Notes: a model not told the origin generated them from the letters alone. DNA of 64,000 nt from Abditibacterium sp. (GCA_965199495.1 CBDASK010000003.1:2304001-2368000); one strand, 5' to 3'; shown: positions 48,137 through 58,286, counted from the first letter of the stretch. Numbers and translations are program-made.

Positions 48137-48931
48137 ATGTTTGATCTCGTTGGCCGTCACTGGCGCCATTACCTCGCCGAAGCCGCCGGACTCGCATTTT
48201 TCATGTTAGGCGCCAGCATTATTACCACGCAACTGCGCTACCGCGAAGCGTGGCTTCACGGAATCATCACCACTCCGTTCGCGCAATTGGCGACGCTTGG
48301 TTTGCTGATGAGCTTTGTCGTGGCGGCGATTATTTACACGCCCTGGGGCAACAAATCGGGCGCGCATATCAACCCCGCCGTGACAATCGCGATGTGGCGA
48401 TTGGGCAAAATTGATACGCACGACGCACTGTTTTACATGGGGTCGCAGTTCGTCGGAGCAATAGGAGCAGTGCAAATCGCCGGACTATTGCTTGGACGTG
48501 GCTACACCAAAGCGGGCACGAATTACGTTGTAACGCAACCCGGCCCGGCAGGAGTTGCGGCGGCGTTTATCGCCGAATGGATCATCAGTTTTGTGCTGAT
48601 GATGACGTTAATGTGGGCGCTCAACAATGCGAAACGCGAGAAATTCGCTGGTTTAATGATCGCGATTTTGCTTGGCTTTTATTTGGTCGTCGAAGAACCG
48701 TTTTCGGGCATGAGTTTGAATCCGGCGCGCTCATTTGCCTCGGCATTTGCGGCGCGCGAGTGGAAAGATTTATGGATTTATTTCGTCGCGCCGATAACAG
48801 CCACGTTGACCGCCGCCGAATTATTCCGATTGATAACGGGCGGCGCACACGATTTGGCCGCGCATCCGCAAGATAACGAGCAGCAAAATCGTAATAACAC
48901 GCCAACAGAAGAGTTGGCCCAAAAGGTGTGA
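48137..48931 (+). CDS. MIP/aquaporin family channel
   Basis: SGAHINPAVT and SLNPARS. Confidence 0.92.
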   Translation: MFDLVGRHWRHYLAEAAGLAFFMLGASIITTQLRYREAWLHGIITTPFAQLATLGLLMSFVVAAIIYTPWGNKSGAHINPAVTIAMWRLGKIDTHDALFYMGSQFVGAIGAVQIAGLLLGRGYTKAGTNYVVTQPGPAGVAAAFIAEWIISFVLMMTLMWALNNAKREKFAGLMIAILLGFYLVVEEPFSGMSLNPARSFASAFAAREWKDLWIYFVAPITATLTAAELFRLITGGAHDLAAHPQDNEQQNRNNTPTEELAQKV

Positions 48932-48970
48932 CAGTTTTGGTTTAATTCCTGCTAACAGTAATTCAACAAA

Positions 48971-50326
48971 ATGGCTAAATCCAAAAGTTTTCTCGATATT
49001 ATCCAAAAGCACGGCGCCGATGAATATGGCGGCGACCAGTTCGGCGGCGCTGGCGGCACCGACGGTTCGGGTTTGCCCGACGGCTACAAAGGCAATTTTC
49101 TGTTTGCGACCGGAATCGAGTGTTCCTATCCGACGATTGTAGCCAAAAATGGCGTGACGATTCGTCGCGATTTATTAGAAGAATGCGGGCATTATAAAAA
49201 TTATAAAACCGACTTTCAACTAACGGTTGATTTGGGTCTCAATGTATTGCGTTATGGCTTGCCTTACTATTCGATTCAAACCGGCGCTGATACTTATAAT
49301 TGGGAATTCGCCGATGCTGCGATGGCCGAAATGCGGCGCCTAAATATCACGCCTATTTTAGATTTGATGCACTTCGGCGTGCCGGATTTCATCGGCGATT
49401 ATCAAAATCCCGACTTGCCGATTCACTTCGCTAATTACTGCGAAGCCGTCGCCAAGCGTTATCCTTGGGTCAGATTTTACACGCCGGTCAACGAAATTTT
49501 CGTGACCGCCAAATTTAGCGCAATGGACGGCGTGTGGAACGAGCGCCAGAAATCGGACAAAGCGTTTGTGACGGCGCTCAAACATTGTGTGGCCGCCTCG
49601 ATTCTGGGCAATCACGCTATCGCGCGCCAACGGCCCGATTGCGTCATCGTGCAATCGGAAAGCGCCGAATACATTCACGAAGCCTCAGCCACGCCGTCGC
49701 CCGAAGTGACGCGGCTCAACAAATTGCGCTTTCTGTCTCTCGATTTGCTTTACGCCAATCCGCCCGATTCCGATGTTTGCCTGTTTATGATGGACAACGG
49801 TTTATCGCGCGACGAATATAACTGGTTTATGAAGGGCGAGCCGCCGGGTTATCAAATCATGGGCAACGATTATTATGGGCGCAACGAAAAAATCATTTTG
49901 CCCGATGGTTCGGAATTTACCGGGCAAGATGTTTTCGGTTGGTATTTGATTACCAAAGAATATTTCGAGCGTTATAAAAAACCCGTGATGCACACCGAAA
50001 CCAATACATTGGAAGATAAAAACGATGCCACTTGCAAGTGGTTATGGAAACAGTGGATGAACGTTTTGCGAATGCGCAAAGACGGCGTTCCCGTTTTAGG
50101 TTTTACGTGGTATTCGCTAATAGATCAGGTGGATTGGGACAAAGGTTTGGAGGAGAAAACCGGAACAATTAATCCCTGCGGTCTCTACGACATGAACCGC
50201 CAGCCACGCGCCGTGGCTGGTGCTTACCGGCAATTGTTGGAAGCGTTCGGGCAAATCACGATTGTGCCACACGGCGAGGTTTTCGAGATTACCGACCGCG
50301 AAGCGCGCTTGAAAGTCGAGGTTTGA
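48971..50326 (+). CDS. Family 1-like glycoside hydrolase
   Basis: FATGIECS, DLMHFG.P, TPVNE, HTET, GFTWYS. Confidence 0.8.
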   Translation: MAKSKSFLDIIQKHGADEYGGDQFGGAGGTDGSGLPDGYKGNFLFATGIECSYPTIVAKNGVTIRRDLLEECGHYKNYKTDFQLTVDLGLNVLRYGLPYYSIQTGADTYNWEFADAAMAEMRRLNITPILDLMHFGVPDFIGDYQNPDLPIHFANYCEAVAKRYPWVRFYTPVNEIFVTAKFSAMDGVWNERQKSDKAFVTALKHCVAASILGNHAIARQRPDCVIVQSESAEYIHEASATPSPEVTRLNKLRFLSLDLLYANPPDSDVCLFMMDNGLSRDEYNWFMKGEPPGYQIMGNDYYGRNEKIILPDGSEFTGQDVFGWYLITKEYFERYKKPVMHTETNTLEDKNDATCKWLWKQWMNVLRMRKDGVPVLGFTWYSLIDQVDWDKGLEEKTGTINPCGLYDMNRQPRAVAGAYRQLLEAFGQITIVPHGEVFEITDREARLKVEV

Positions 50327-50346
50327 AAGTTCTTGATGTGAAATTC

Positions 50347-50441
50347 GTAGAGACGCCGATTTATCGCGTCTAAAAACGTTGGAATTGCCATAAGATTGAA
50401 GCAAATCTGATGTTTTAGACACGACAAGTCGGTGTCTCTAC
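50347..50441. repeat. Family D REP doublet, copy 2
   Basis: GTAGAGACGCCGATTTATCGCGTCTAAAA...TTTTAGACACGACAAGTCGGTGTCTCTAC. Confidence 0.88.
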
Positions 50442-50447
50442 GAATCG

Positions 50448-52754
50448 CTAAACGAATTTATCCGGCGTTAGCGGCAGTTCGCGCAAGCGTTTGCCGGTGG
50501 CGTTAAAGACGGCGTTGGCGATGGCGGCGGGCACGCCGACGATGCCAATTTCGCCGATGCCGCGACAGCCCACGCTGTTGATGTGCGGATCGGGCACCTC
50601 GACAAATTCGACTTGAATGCGCGGCACGTCGCCATTGACCGAAACGTGGTAATCGGCCAGATTGCGGATGTAGGGTCGCGCCGTGTTCGGATCGTAAAGC
50701 GTCTCTTCGCTCAAAGCCATGCCGATGCCAAAGCCGACGCCGCCCAGAATTTGCGAGCGCGCGGTGCGATGATTGAGAATGCGTCCGGCGTCCATCACGG
50801 CAGCCCAATCCAACAGACGAATCGTGCCCATTTCTTCGTCCACGCGCAACTTGCAAAACTGCGCGCCGAACGAGTGAAACGAGTATTTCGCGTCGTCTTT
50901 ATCGGTTTCGGCGTCGGGGTCTATAATGGCACACGGCGCCTTGGTTTTCTGCTTCAAACCCTCGTTGTTTTTGGCGCTCATCATGGTTTCGGCGCGGCAG
51001 CACGCCTCGACGAACGGCTTGCCGGTACGCTTAACGATTTCGGACAACGCCTCGCCTTTGCCGCCGCTTTTGAGAATCGCCAGGCCGTTTTGGAATTTGA
51101 TTTCGTCCAGTTTGCGGCCATAAAGCGGCGACTTGCGATCTTTGATCGCCACAGCAGCCACGTCGCGCATCGCCATTTCGCACGCCTCGACAACGGCGGG
51201 CGCCACGCTCGCTGTTAGCCACGAGCCGCCCGCTTGCGGCGCGGTCGGCAGTTTCGAGTCGCCCAGTTCAAACACGACTTTATAAAGCGGAAATCCCAGC
51301 GTATCGGCGGCGACCTGACGAAACACCGTATAAGCGCCGGTGCCAATATCCACGCCATTACAGGCCGAAACGGCGCGGCCATCGCCATAAATGCGGCAAT
51401 TGGCCGAAGCCGGTTGGCGATTGGCCGGATAGGTCGCCGACGCCATGCCGTAACCGATGAGATAACGGCCCTCGCGGATCATGCGCGGCTGGCTTTTGCG
51501 CGCGTCCCAGCCGATGAGCGCGGCGCCGCGCTCGTAGCATTTTTTCAATTGCTTGCTCGAAAACGGCAATTTGGAATCGGGGTCAACTTCGGCGTAGTTG
51601 CGCAGCCGAAATTCCAGCGGATCCATGCCCAATTCGACAGCCATTTCGTCCATCGCGCACTCCAGACCGAACGCGCCGGGCGCTTCGCCGGGCGCGCGCA
51701 TATAGATCGGCGGCGAGATATTGTTGCGCGCCACGCGGTGCGCCATTTCGTAGTTTTGCGCCGGATACATCACGTTCGATATCAGGCCCGCCGACTCGAA
51801 AAACTGTGGCTGGTTTTGGTGGCCCTGCGTTAGCGTTTTCATCGCCAACATCTCCATTTTGCCCTCCGCGTCCGTGCCGACTTGCATTGCCATTTCGGTT
51901 TCGCCGCGATGCCCGACGCCCGCGAACATTTGCTGGCGCATCAAGGCCAACTTCACCGGACGCGCGACGGCGCGCGACGCGAGGGCGCACACGATGTCGT
52001 GGCCCCACGCGCCCGCGCCCTTGCAGCCGAATCCGCCGCCGGTGAAATAGTTAATCGTGCGCACCTTTTCGGGCGCGAGTTCAAACAGATACGCCATCGT
52101 CGCCTGCGACGGCGAGGTGCCCTGCGTGGACTGATAGACGGTTAATCCGCCGTCGTGAAAATGGGCGACGTTGGCGTGCGGTTCGAGCGGATTGTGATGC
52201 TCGTTGGTCGTGTGATACGTCGCCTCGATTTTGGAGTTCGCGCCCGCAAACGCCGCGTCGGGCGCGCCGCGCACGATCTGCGCCGGGCCGCCGTGCAGAC
52301 TTTTGGGCGTGTCAATGTTGGGCGTATCGCGCAGCGTCGTCGAAGGCGGCAAAGCCGCGATTTCGGCCTTAACCAGCGTGGCCGCATAACGCGCGCGTTC
52401 GTAAGTATCGGCCACGACAACGGCAATCGCCTGTCCGTTGTAAACGATGTCGGCGCTCTGAAACGGCAGCAAAGCCTCGCCCATTTGCGCTTGCGCCTTG
52501 GCCATCGCTTTCGGATCGAGCGGCGCAAGTTTCGGTTTGTCTTGATAGGAAATCACCGTCAAAACGCCGGTCGCCGCGCGCGCCTCCGATGTATCGAGAT
52601 TAGTAATTGTGCCGCGTCCCACGGGCGAAGTGACGAGGACAGCGTAAGCCATGTTGGGCAGGGCGAATTCGGCGGAGTATTTGGCGCCGCCGGTGACTTT
52701 GAGTTTCGCGTCCTGGCGCGTGACGGGCTGGCCGATGATGGATGGAGTTGTCAT
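50448..52754 (-). CDS. Xanthine dehydrogenase-family Mo-binding subunit (PaoC/YagR-like)
   Basis: KVTGGAKY, HNPLEPH, GGGFGCK, MRAPGE, GIGEIGIVG, RELPLTPDK. Confidence 0.92.
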   Translation of the reverse strand: MTTPSIIGQPVTRQDAKLKVTGGAKYSAEFALPNMAYAVLVTSPVGRGTITNLDTSEARAATGVLTVISYQDKPKLAPLDPKAMAKAQAQMGEALLPFQSADIVYNGQAIAVVVADTYERARYAATLVKAEIAALPPSTTLRDTPNIDTPKSLHGGPAQIVRGAPDAAFAGANSKIEATYHTTNEHHNPLEPHANVAHFHDGGLTVYQSTQGTSPSQATMAYLFELAPEKVRTINYFTGGGFGCKGAGAWGHDIVCALASRAVARPVKLALMRQQMFAGVGHRGETEMAMQVGTDAEGKMEMLAMKTLTQGHQNQPQFFESAGLISNVMYPAQNYEMAHRVARNNISPPIYMRAPGEAPGAFGLECAMDEMAVELGMDPLEFRLRNYAEVDPDSKLPFSSKQLKKCYERGAALIGWDARKSQPRMIREGRYLIGYGMASATYPANRQPASANCRIYGDGRAVSACNGVDIGTGAYTVFRQVAADTLGFPLYKVVFELGDSKLPTAPQAGGSWLTASVAPAVVEACEMAMRDVAAVAIKDRKSPLYGRKLDEIKFQNGLAILKSGGKGEALSEIVKRTGKPFVEACCRAETMMSAKNNEGLKQKTKAPCAIIDPDAETDKDDAKYSFHSFGAQFCKLRVDEEMGTIRLLDWAAVMDAGRILNHRTARSQILGGVGFGIGMALSEETLYDPNTARPYIRNLADYHVSVNGDVPRIQVEFVEVPDPHINSVGCRGIGEIGIVGVPAAIANAVFNATGKRLRELPLTPDKFV

Positions 52755-52785
52755 AATTTGGGGGATTGTGCGTTGCGTTCAACTC

Positions 52786-52881
52786 GTAGAGACACCGATT
52801 TATCGTGTCTAAAACGTTCGGGTTTCCGCAAACAAATGCGGGTTCATTCACGTTTTAGACGCGATAAATCGGCGTCTCTAC
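52786..52881. repeat. Family D REP doublet, copy 3
   Basis: GTAGAGACACCGATTTATCGTGTCTAAAA...TTTTAGACGCGATAAATCGGCGTCTCTAC. Confidence 0.88.
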
Positions 52882-52892
52882 GAACGGCAATT

Positions 52893-53957
52893 TTACGCGT
52901 CCGGCGTCATACCAGCCACGGCGCCCACGCTTGAGGCGAAAACGGTTCCGGGCGCGCCCTGCATCGGCATCAAACCGCTGATTTCCATCAGACAGCGCAC
53001 CATGACGTTTTGGCCCAACGGCACTTTGTAAGCGTTATATTGCAGCGGTTTGGAACCCGCAAAAGCGGCGCGCGCGGCCTCGCGGAACAGCGATTCCGAC
53101 GGCGCTTTTCCGGCCAACATTTGCTCGGCTTCGTCGGCGCGCCACGGTTTGGGCGCGACGCTGCCCAGCGCGATGCGCACGGTTTTCATTTTCTTGCCGT
53201 CCATTTCGAGCGCGACGGCGCACGAAGCGCGCGCGTAAGCGTAACTGGAACGGTCGCGGATTTTGAGATAATGTGATTTACCCGCGAAATTGGGTAAATC
53301 AATAAACGTGATGATTTCGCCCGGCAGCAAAACCGTATCATCCTGCGGCGTGTCGCCGGGCAGACGATGCAAATCGGCCATCGCAATTGAACGCGCGCCG
53401 CTCGGCCCGTTAGTTTGCACGACGGCATCGAGCGCCGTCAGAGGCACGGCCATATCGCCATGATACAAAGTGATGCACGCGGGCGAGCCGCCCAGAATCG
53501 CGTGATCGGCGTTAATTCCGGTCAAAGCCGAACAGCCCGTGCCCGGCTCGCGTTTGTTACACGGCATCGCGGTATCGCGATAATACGAGCAACGCGTTTT
53601 CTGTAAGAGATTGCCGCCCATCGAAGCCATGTTGCGGATTTGCGCCGACGCGCCCGCTAAAATCGCCTCGGAAACGCCGGGATAACGCCGCATGATTTCG
53701 GGATGATAAGCCGCGTTGGTATTGGAAACGCCCGCGCCGATTCGCAAACCGCCCGCGTGCGATTCAATTTTGTCGGACAAAATCGGGCTGAGATCGAGCA
53801 GAACGTCGGGACGCAAAACGTTCTCTTTCATCAGGTCAATTTGCGTGGTGCCGCCCGCGATAAATTGCGGCGCAACCTCGCTCGACGAAGAATGTGTGGC
53901 AGTGTTTTGAACGGGCGTCGCGGTCGCCGTGGCTGCTTGGTATTGGAAGGGTTTCAT
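52893..53957 (-). CDS. FAD-binding subunit with 4Fe-4S Cys motif (PaoB/YagS-like)
   Basis: IAGGTTQIDLMK, GASAQIRNMA, RCSYY...CNKREPGTGC, KIRDRSSYAY. Confidence 0.92.
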   Translation of the reverse strand: MKPFQYQAATATATPVQNTATHSSSSEVAPQFIAGGTTQIDLMKENVLRPDVLLDLSPILSDKIESHAGGLRIGAGVSNTNAAYHPEIMRRYPGVSEAILAGASAQIRNMASMGGNLLQKTRCSYYRDTAMPCNKREPGTGCSALTGINADHAILGGSPACITLYHGDMAVPLTALDAVVQTNGPSGARSIAMADLHRLPGDTPQDDTVLLPGEIITFIDLPNFAGKSHYLKIRDRSSYAYARASCAVALEMDGKKMKTVRIALGSVAPKPWRADEAEQMLAGKAPSESLFREAARAAFAGSKPLQYNAYKVPLGQNVMVRCLMEISGLMPMQGAPGTVFASSVGAVAGMTPDA

Positions 53958-53971
53958 GGGATTGACCAATC

Positions 53972-54024
53972 GTAGGGGCTTGCCGCGCAAGCCCTAAATC
54001 AAGGCTTGCCGCGCAAGCCCCTAC
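53972..54024. repeat. Short GTAG-type REP doublet, family E
   Basis: GTAGGGGCTTGCCGCGCAAGCCC...GGCTTGCCGCGCAAGCCCCTAC. Confidence 0.7.
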
Positions 54025-54031
54025 AATTGGT

Positions 54032-55051
54032 TTACGCGTCGCGCGCGGCCTTGACCGCCGCCAGAATGTTGGGATACGCCGCGCAACGGCACAAGTTTCC
54101 GCTCATATGTTCGCGGATTTCGTCGTCGGAACCGGCGCGTTTGCTCTTGATCAAAGCCGTCGCCGACATGATCTGGCCGGACGTGCAATAGCCACATTGG
54201 AACGCATCGTTTTCGATGAACGCCAACTGCATTGGATGCAATTCGCCGTTTTGGGCCAAGCCTTCAATCGTAGTGATCTCACGATTTTGCGCGCGCACCG
54301 CCAGCGTCAAACACGACAAATGCGCCTCGCCATCCACATGAACGGTGCAGGCGCCGCATTGTCCGTGATCGCAGCCTTTTTTACTTCCCGTGAGGCCCAT
54401 ATATTCGCGCAAAGCATCCAACAGCGCCACGCGCGGTTCGAGTTGCAGAGTCTGCGCGCGGCCATTGACGCGCAAAGTCACGGGAATCGTATCGGTTTTA
54501 ACGTAGGAGTTGGCGGCGCTCAGGTTGGGCACGGCGCCAATCGGCGGCGTGTTGGCCGGGCCGGGCCGACCGTTGGCGGCGTGGCTGCTGTTGGCGGCGA
54601 GGGCCAAAACCGCGCTCGCTGCCAAAGTCGCGGCTAAAAACGAGCGGCGCGACAAGCCTTTTTTCTCGTCGTTACGCAACGCTTCCAAAGCCGCGATGAT
54701 TTCGCCGGGCGCGGCCTCTTCGCCGCTCGCTGATTTCCATTGCCAGGCGATGTTGCCGGTTTCGTCGAGGACGAAAACCGCGCGCTCGCCGCTCACGCCG
54801 AACTGTGCAGCCACGTCGCCCGCACTATCAAAGGCGTGCCATTCGTCGCCGCCCGCGTCCACGATTTGCGCGTCAAACTGCGCGGCCAAAGTCGCGTAAA
54901 GTTCGCTCGACGCGGCGCGCGCCGGATTCCATTCGTCGGGCGCGAACGCCACGATGAGCGGACGCCCGCGCTTTTGCGCGGCGCGCGTGCCGTCCGGCAA
55001 AGTGAAATCGGGTGCGGTTAGTTGCGATTCGAGGTTGTGAGGGGAAGACAT
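54032..55051 (-). CDS. 2Fe-2S subunit (PaoA/YagT-like) fused to an N-terminal Cys-less redoxin-like domain
   Basis: APDFTLPD...RAVFVLDETG; SRRSFL; GCDHGQCGACTV, QCGYCT, NLCRC. Confidence 0.88.
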   Translation of the reverse strand: MSSPHNLESQLTAPDFTLPDGTRAAQKRGRPLIVAFAPDEWNPARAASSELYATLAAQFDAQIVDAGGDEWHAFDSAGDVAAQFGVSGERAVFVLDETGNIAWQWKSASGEEAAPGEIIAALEALRNDEKKGLSRRSFLAATLAASAVLALAANSSHAANGRPGPANTPPIGAVPNLSAANSYVKTDTIPVTLRVNGRAQTLQLEPRVALLDALREYMGLTGSKKGCDHGQCGACTVHVDGEAHLSCLTLAVRAQNREITTIEGLAQNGELHPMQLAFIENDAFQCGYCTSGQIMSATALIKSKRAGSDDEIREHMSGNLCRCAAYPNILAAVKAARDA

Positions 55052-55282
55052 AAGAATTGGACTGTCGAAAAGTTACGAGGTCAGTTTGTAATTTTTAGTG
55101 TTACTCAATTTATGGACGACAAAAAGGCACGAGTTGAACGAAATTAAAAGTTGGGTTCTCGTCGCATTCTGTATTCTTTGGCTGTATTTGAAGCGCGCGT
55201 TTCAGCCCGCGCTCCAAACAAAAACTCCAACAACGTCCCAAAATATAAAGCGCCTTGCAGAGAGTTCTGCTGAGATAGGCAC

Positions 55283-56185
55283 TTAATTCTGCGCGTCCGC
55301 TCCGATTGCGTTCAATTTCGGCAGCATTTCACCGGGAATTTGCAAGTCCGCCGCCACGACGTTTTCGCGCAGATGCTCGACTGACGAAGTGCCGGGAATC
55401 AGCAAAATGTTGGGCGAGCGTTGCAGCAGCCACGCCAGCGCGACTTGCAGCGGCGAGGCTTGCAAAGCGTCGGCGACTTCTTGTAGCGCCGACGATTGCA
55501 ACGGCGAAAATCCGCCGAGGGGGAAGAACGGCACGTAAGCGAGGCCCGCACCAGCCAGTTCTTCAAGCAACGCGTCATCCTCGCGGTGCGCGAGGTTGTA
55601 TTGGTTTTGCACGCACACGATTTCGGCGTAATTGCGGGCCTGCGCGACCTGTTTCGAGGTGACGTTGCTCAGTCCGATGTGGCGAATCAAACCCTGCTTT
55701 TGCAACTCGACCAAAACGCCCAATGGTTCTTCGAGCGAGCCTTCGGTGGGGCCATGCCCGGCGCCGCCGCCCATCATGCGCAAATTGACGACATCGAGAG
55801 CCTCGACGCCCAAGTTGTTCAAGTTGCTGTGAATGGCACCAGTCAATTCATCGGGCGTCATCGCCGAATTCCACGAGCCGTCGTCGCCGCGCAACGCGCC
55901 GACTTTGGTGACGATTGTCAAATCATCGGGATACGGATGCAGCGCCTTTTTTATCAGTTGATTTGTAACGTATGGCCCGTAAAAATCGCTGGTATCAATG
56001 TGATTGATGCCGGTGGCTACAACTTCGCGCAACACGGCGAGCGCGGCGTCTTCATCGCGCGGTGGCCCCCACACACCTTTGCCCGCGAGTTGCATCGCGC
56101 CATAGCCCATGCGATTGAGCGTGATTTGCGTGTTCGGCAGCGTGAATTCGCCGCCCAGATTGTTCGAGTTAATGAAATTGTTCAT
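55283..56185 (-). CDS. Aldo/keto reductase (YdbC-like)
   Basis: GYGAMQL, DTSDFYG, IGLSNV, IPGTSS..HL.EN. Confidence 0.9.
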   Translation of the reverse strand: MNNFINSNNLGGEFTLPNTQITLNRMGYGAMQLAGKGVWGPPRDEDAALAVLREVVATGINHIDTSDFYGPYVTNQLIKKALHPYPDDLTIVTKVGALRGDDGSWNSAMTPDELTGAIHSNLNNLGVEALDVVNLRMMGGGAGHGPTEGSLEEPLGVLVELQKQGLIRHIGLSNVTSKQVAQARNYAEIVCVQNQYNLAHREDDALLEELAGAGLAYVPFFPLGGFSPLQSSALQEVADALQASPLQVALAWLLQRSPNILLIPGTSSVEHLRENVVAADLQIPGEMLPKLNAIGADAQN

Positions 56186-56221
56186 TGGAAATTTTCTCTG
56201 TTTTTTAGTGAAACGCGAGCC

Positions 56222-57289
56222 TCAAAGCAAAAACTGACCGCCCGCGAATTCGGCGAGTTCCGGGCCAAACAGCGCGCCCGGCGTGAAAGCGCCCGGTTTG
56301 CCTTCGCCGCGCGACAAACGTAGCGCGACTTCGGCCAGCGCGCGATTGGTAAAGTCTCCGGCGTCGCCCAGTTGCAGCCAGCCTTCGCGCGTTTCGCCCC
56401 CTTCCCAACTGACGCGCGCGTGCGCCCACGAGAATTGCTGGCCTTTGCCCTCGAATTGTCCCGGCTTCATTTCGACGGCGGCCAGGCGGCGCGTGGCGAA
56501 ATCGCTGATGGCTTTGAAGCGCATCAGCGCCATAATCGCGGGCAAAACCGCGCCCATCACCGGCGAGTTGGGCACCATGCTCGACGCCGCCACGACGTTG
56601 CCCGCGCCACTGGCGCGGCGCGCGGCTTCGAGTTCGCCCGAACTCCAACCGGCGGTTGTGGCGCGCGATCCGTCGGGCACAGTCAGCGTTTTCACGCTGC
56701 TCACGGGACGCGTGCGCACCAATTGGCCGCGCGAATAACGCCGCCCGCCCTCGATAATGCCGCCGACAATTGTGCTTGCCAACGCTTGTCCCATCGCGCC
56801 CGCTTCGACATTGACAAACGGCAAAACATCAACGCGGACTTTACTCGCCGGAGGCTGGCCCTCGCACAGTTTCAGCACCAAACTCTCGGTCGCCAGCGCG
56901 CCAAATCCGGCGCCCGGAACCAGAGTTTGTCCCGCCGCAACCGCTTCGTCGTGCATCGAGAACAGTTTTAAAAACGACGCGAGTTCATTGGAAATATCCA
57001 AATAATGCGTGCCCGCCGGACACGCTTTGGCGATGGGAAACGCCGATTGAGTAAACGGCCCCACCGTATTAACGACGACAGCGGGCTTGCCGTCCGCAAT
57101 CGCGCGCGCCATCGCCTCGACCGAATCCGCAATAACAACGCGCGCCTCGCCGCCGCATTCGTCGGCGACTTTATCCAAACGCGCCGCGTCGCGCCCGACC
57201 AAAACGAGCGCGCATTGCGCCTGCGCCAGAAGTGCAGCCACGGCGCGCCCGCTCCGGCCCGTTGCGCCTAAAATCCAAATTTCGTTCAT
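56222..57289 (-). CDS. Saccharopine dehydrogenase-like oxidoreductase
   Basis: ILGATGRSG, NTVGPF, YLDISNE, GAFTP. Confidence 0.82.
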   Translation of the reverse strand: MNEIWILGATGRSGRAVAALLAQAQCALVLVGRDAARLDKVADECGGEARVVIADSVEAMARAIADGKPAVVVNTVGPFTQSAFPIAKACPAGTHYLDISNELASFLKLFSMHDEAVAAGQTLVPGAGFGALATESLVLKLCEGQPPASKVRVDVLPFVNVEAGAMGQALASTIVGGIIEGGRRYSRGQLVRTRPVSSVKTLTVPDGSRATTAGWSSGELEAARRASGAGNVVAASSMVPNSPVMGAVLPAIMALMRFKAISDFATRRLAAVEMKPGQFEGKGQQFSWAHARVSWEGGETREGWLQLGDAGDFTNRALAEVALRLSRGEGKPGAFTPGALFGPELAEFAGGQFLL

Positions 57290-57334
57290 GTTGTTAAAAA
57301 GTCCGTAATGCAAGCGACTTCAGTCGCTTGGCGC

Positions 57335-58231
57335 TCAATTATCGAAGTAGAAACCCTGCTCCAGATCGGCGATTAAACCGGGATGAGTCGGGTTCCAACC
57401 CAACTTTTCGCGCGTGATGACGCTCGAAGCGGGCGCGTCCATCCCAAAGAAACCGACCATGCCGCCGAAATGCTGCGCGGCCTCGTCGGGCGATTTGGAA
57501 ACGACTGGCACATCCAAATGCCGTCCGATGACTTCGGCGATTTCCCGTAAAGTCACGCCCTCTTCCGCCGTGCCGTGATAAGCCGCGCCCGCTTCGCCTT
57601 TTTCTGCGGCCAGCCGAAACAGCGTGGCCGCATCCAAGTAATGCACGCCGGGCCAGCGATTCTGCCCCTCGCCAATGTAAGCCGAAACGCCCGTTTCGCG
57701 CGCGGTTTTGATTAGCATGGGCACGAAACCCTGAGTATCGGCGTCGCCATGAACCGACGGCGCCAGACGAACTGTCGAGGCGCGCACGCCGCGCGCGGCC
57801 AACGCCAGCGCCGCCGCTTCCGATTGGCGCGGATAATTTGGGCCGGGCGCGGGCGCCGCATCGTTTTCGGTCGCCACGTAGCCCGGCGCCAGAAATCCGA
57901 CGCCCGACGTGACGACAATCGAACGATTCGAACCTTCGAGCGCGTTGCCCATCGTCTCAATCGCGCGCCTATCCAACTCGCAACACGCCGCGAAATCAGA
58001 AAAATCGTGCTTAAACGCCGTGTGAATCACGCCATCGCTCGCCGCCGCGCCCGCGCGCAAACTCTCCAAATCATCCAACGAACCGCGCTGAACGGCGGCG
58101 CCCATTTCGGCCAGCTTTTGAGCTGACGCATCGGAACGCGCCAGCCCCAAAACCTCGTGGCCCGCGCCCAAAAGTTCGTTGACGACGGCGCTACCGACCA
58201 AGCCCGTGGCTCCAGTAACAAAAATTTTCAT
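57335..58231 (-). CDS. NAD-dependent epimerase/atypical SDR
   Basis: MKIFVTGATGLVG, VIHTAF.HDF; AAGGAG RBS. Confidence 0.9.
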   Translation of the reverse strand: MKIFVTGATGLVGSAVVNELLGAGHEVLGLARSDASAQKLAEMGAAVQRGSLDDLESLRAGAAASDGVIHTAFKHDFSDFAACCELDRRAIETMGNALEGSNRSIVVTSGVGFLAPGYVATENDAAPAPGPNYPRQSEAAALALAARGVRASTVRLAPSVHGDADTQGFVPMLIKTARETGVSAYIGEGQNRWPGVHYLDAATLFRLAAEKGEAGAAYHGTAEEGVTLREIAEVIGRHLDVPVVSKSPDEAAQHFGGMVGFFGMDAPASSVITREKLGWNPTHPGLIADLEQGFYFDN

Positions 58232-58263
58232 GTTGATTTCTCCTTTGGCTTTAGTGAACCATT

Positions 58264-58286
58264 GTAAACTATACGGTATAGTTTAC
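58264..58286. promoter_or_regulatory. Candidate TetR operator
   Basis: Perfect palindrome GTAAACTATAC-G-GTATAGTTTAC between the divergent SDR and tetR genes. Confidence 0.75.
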
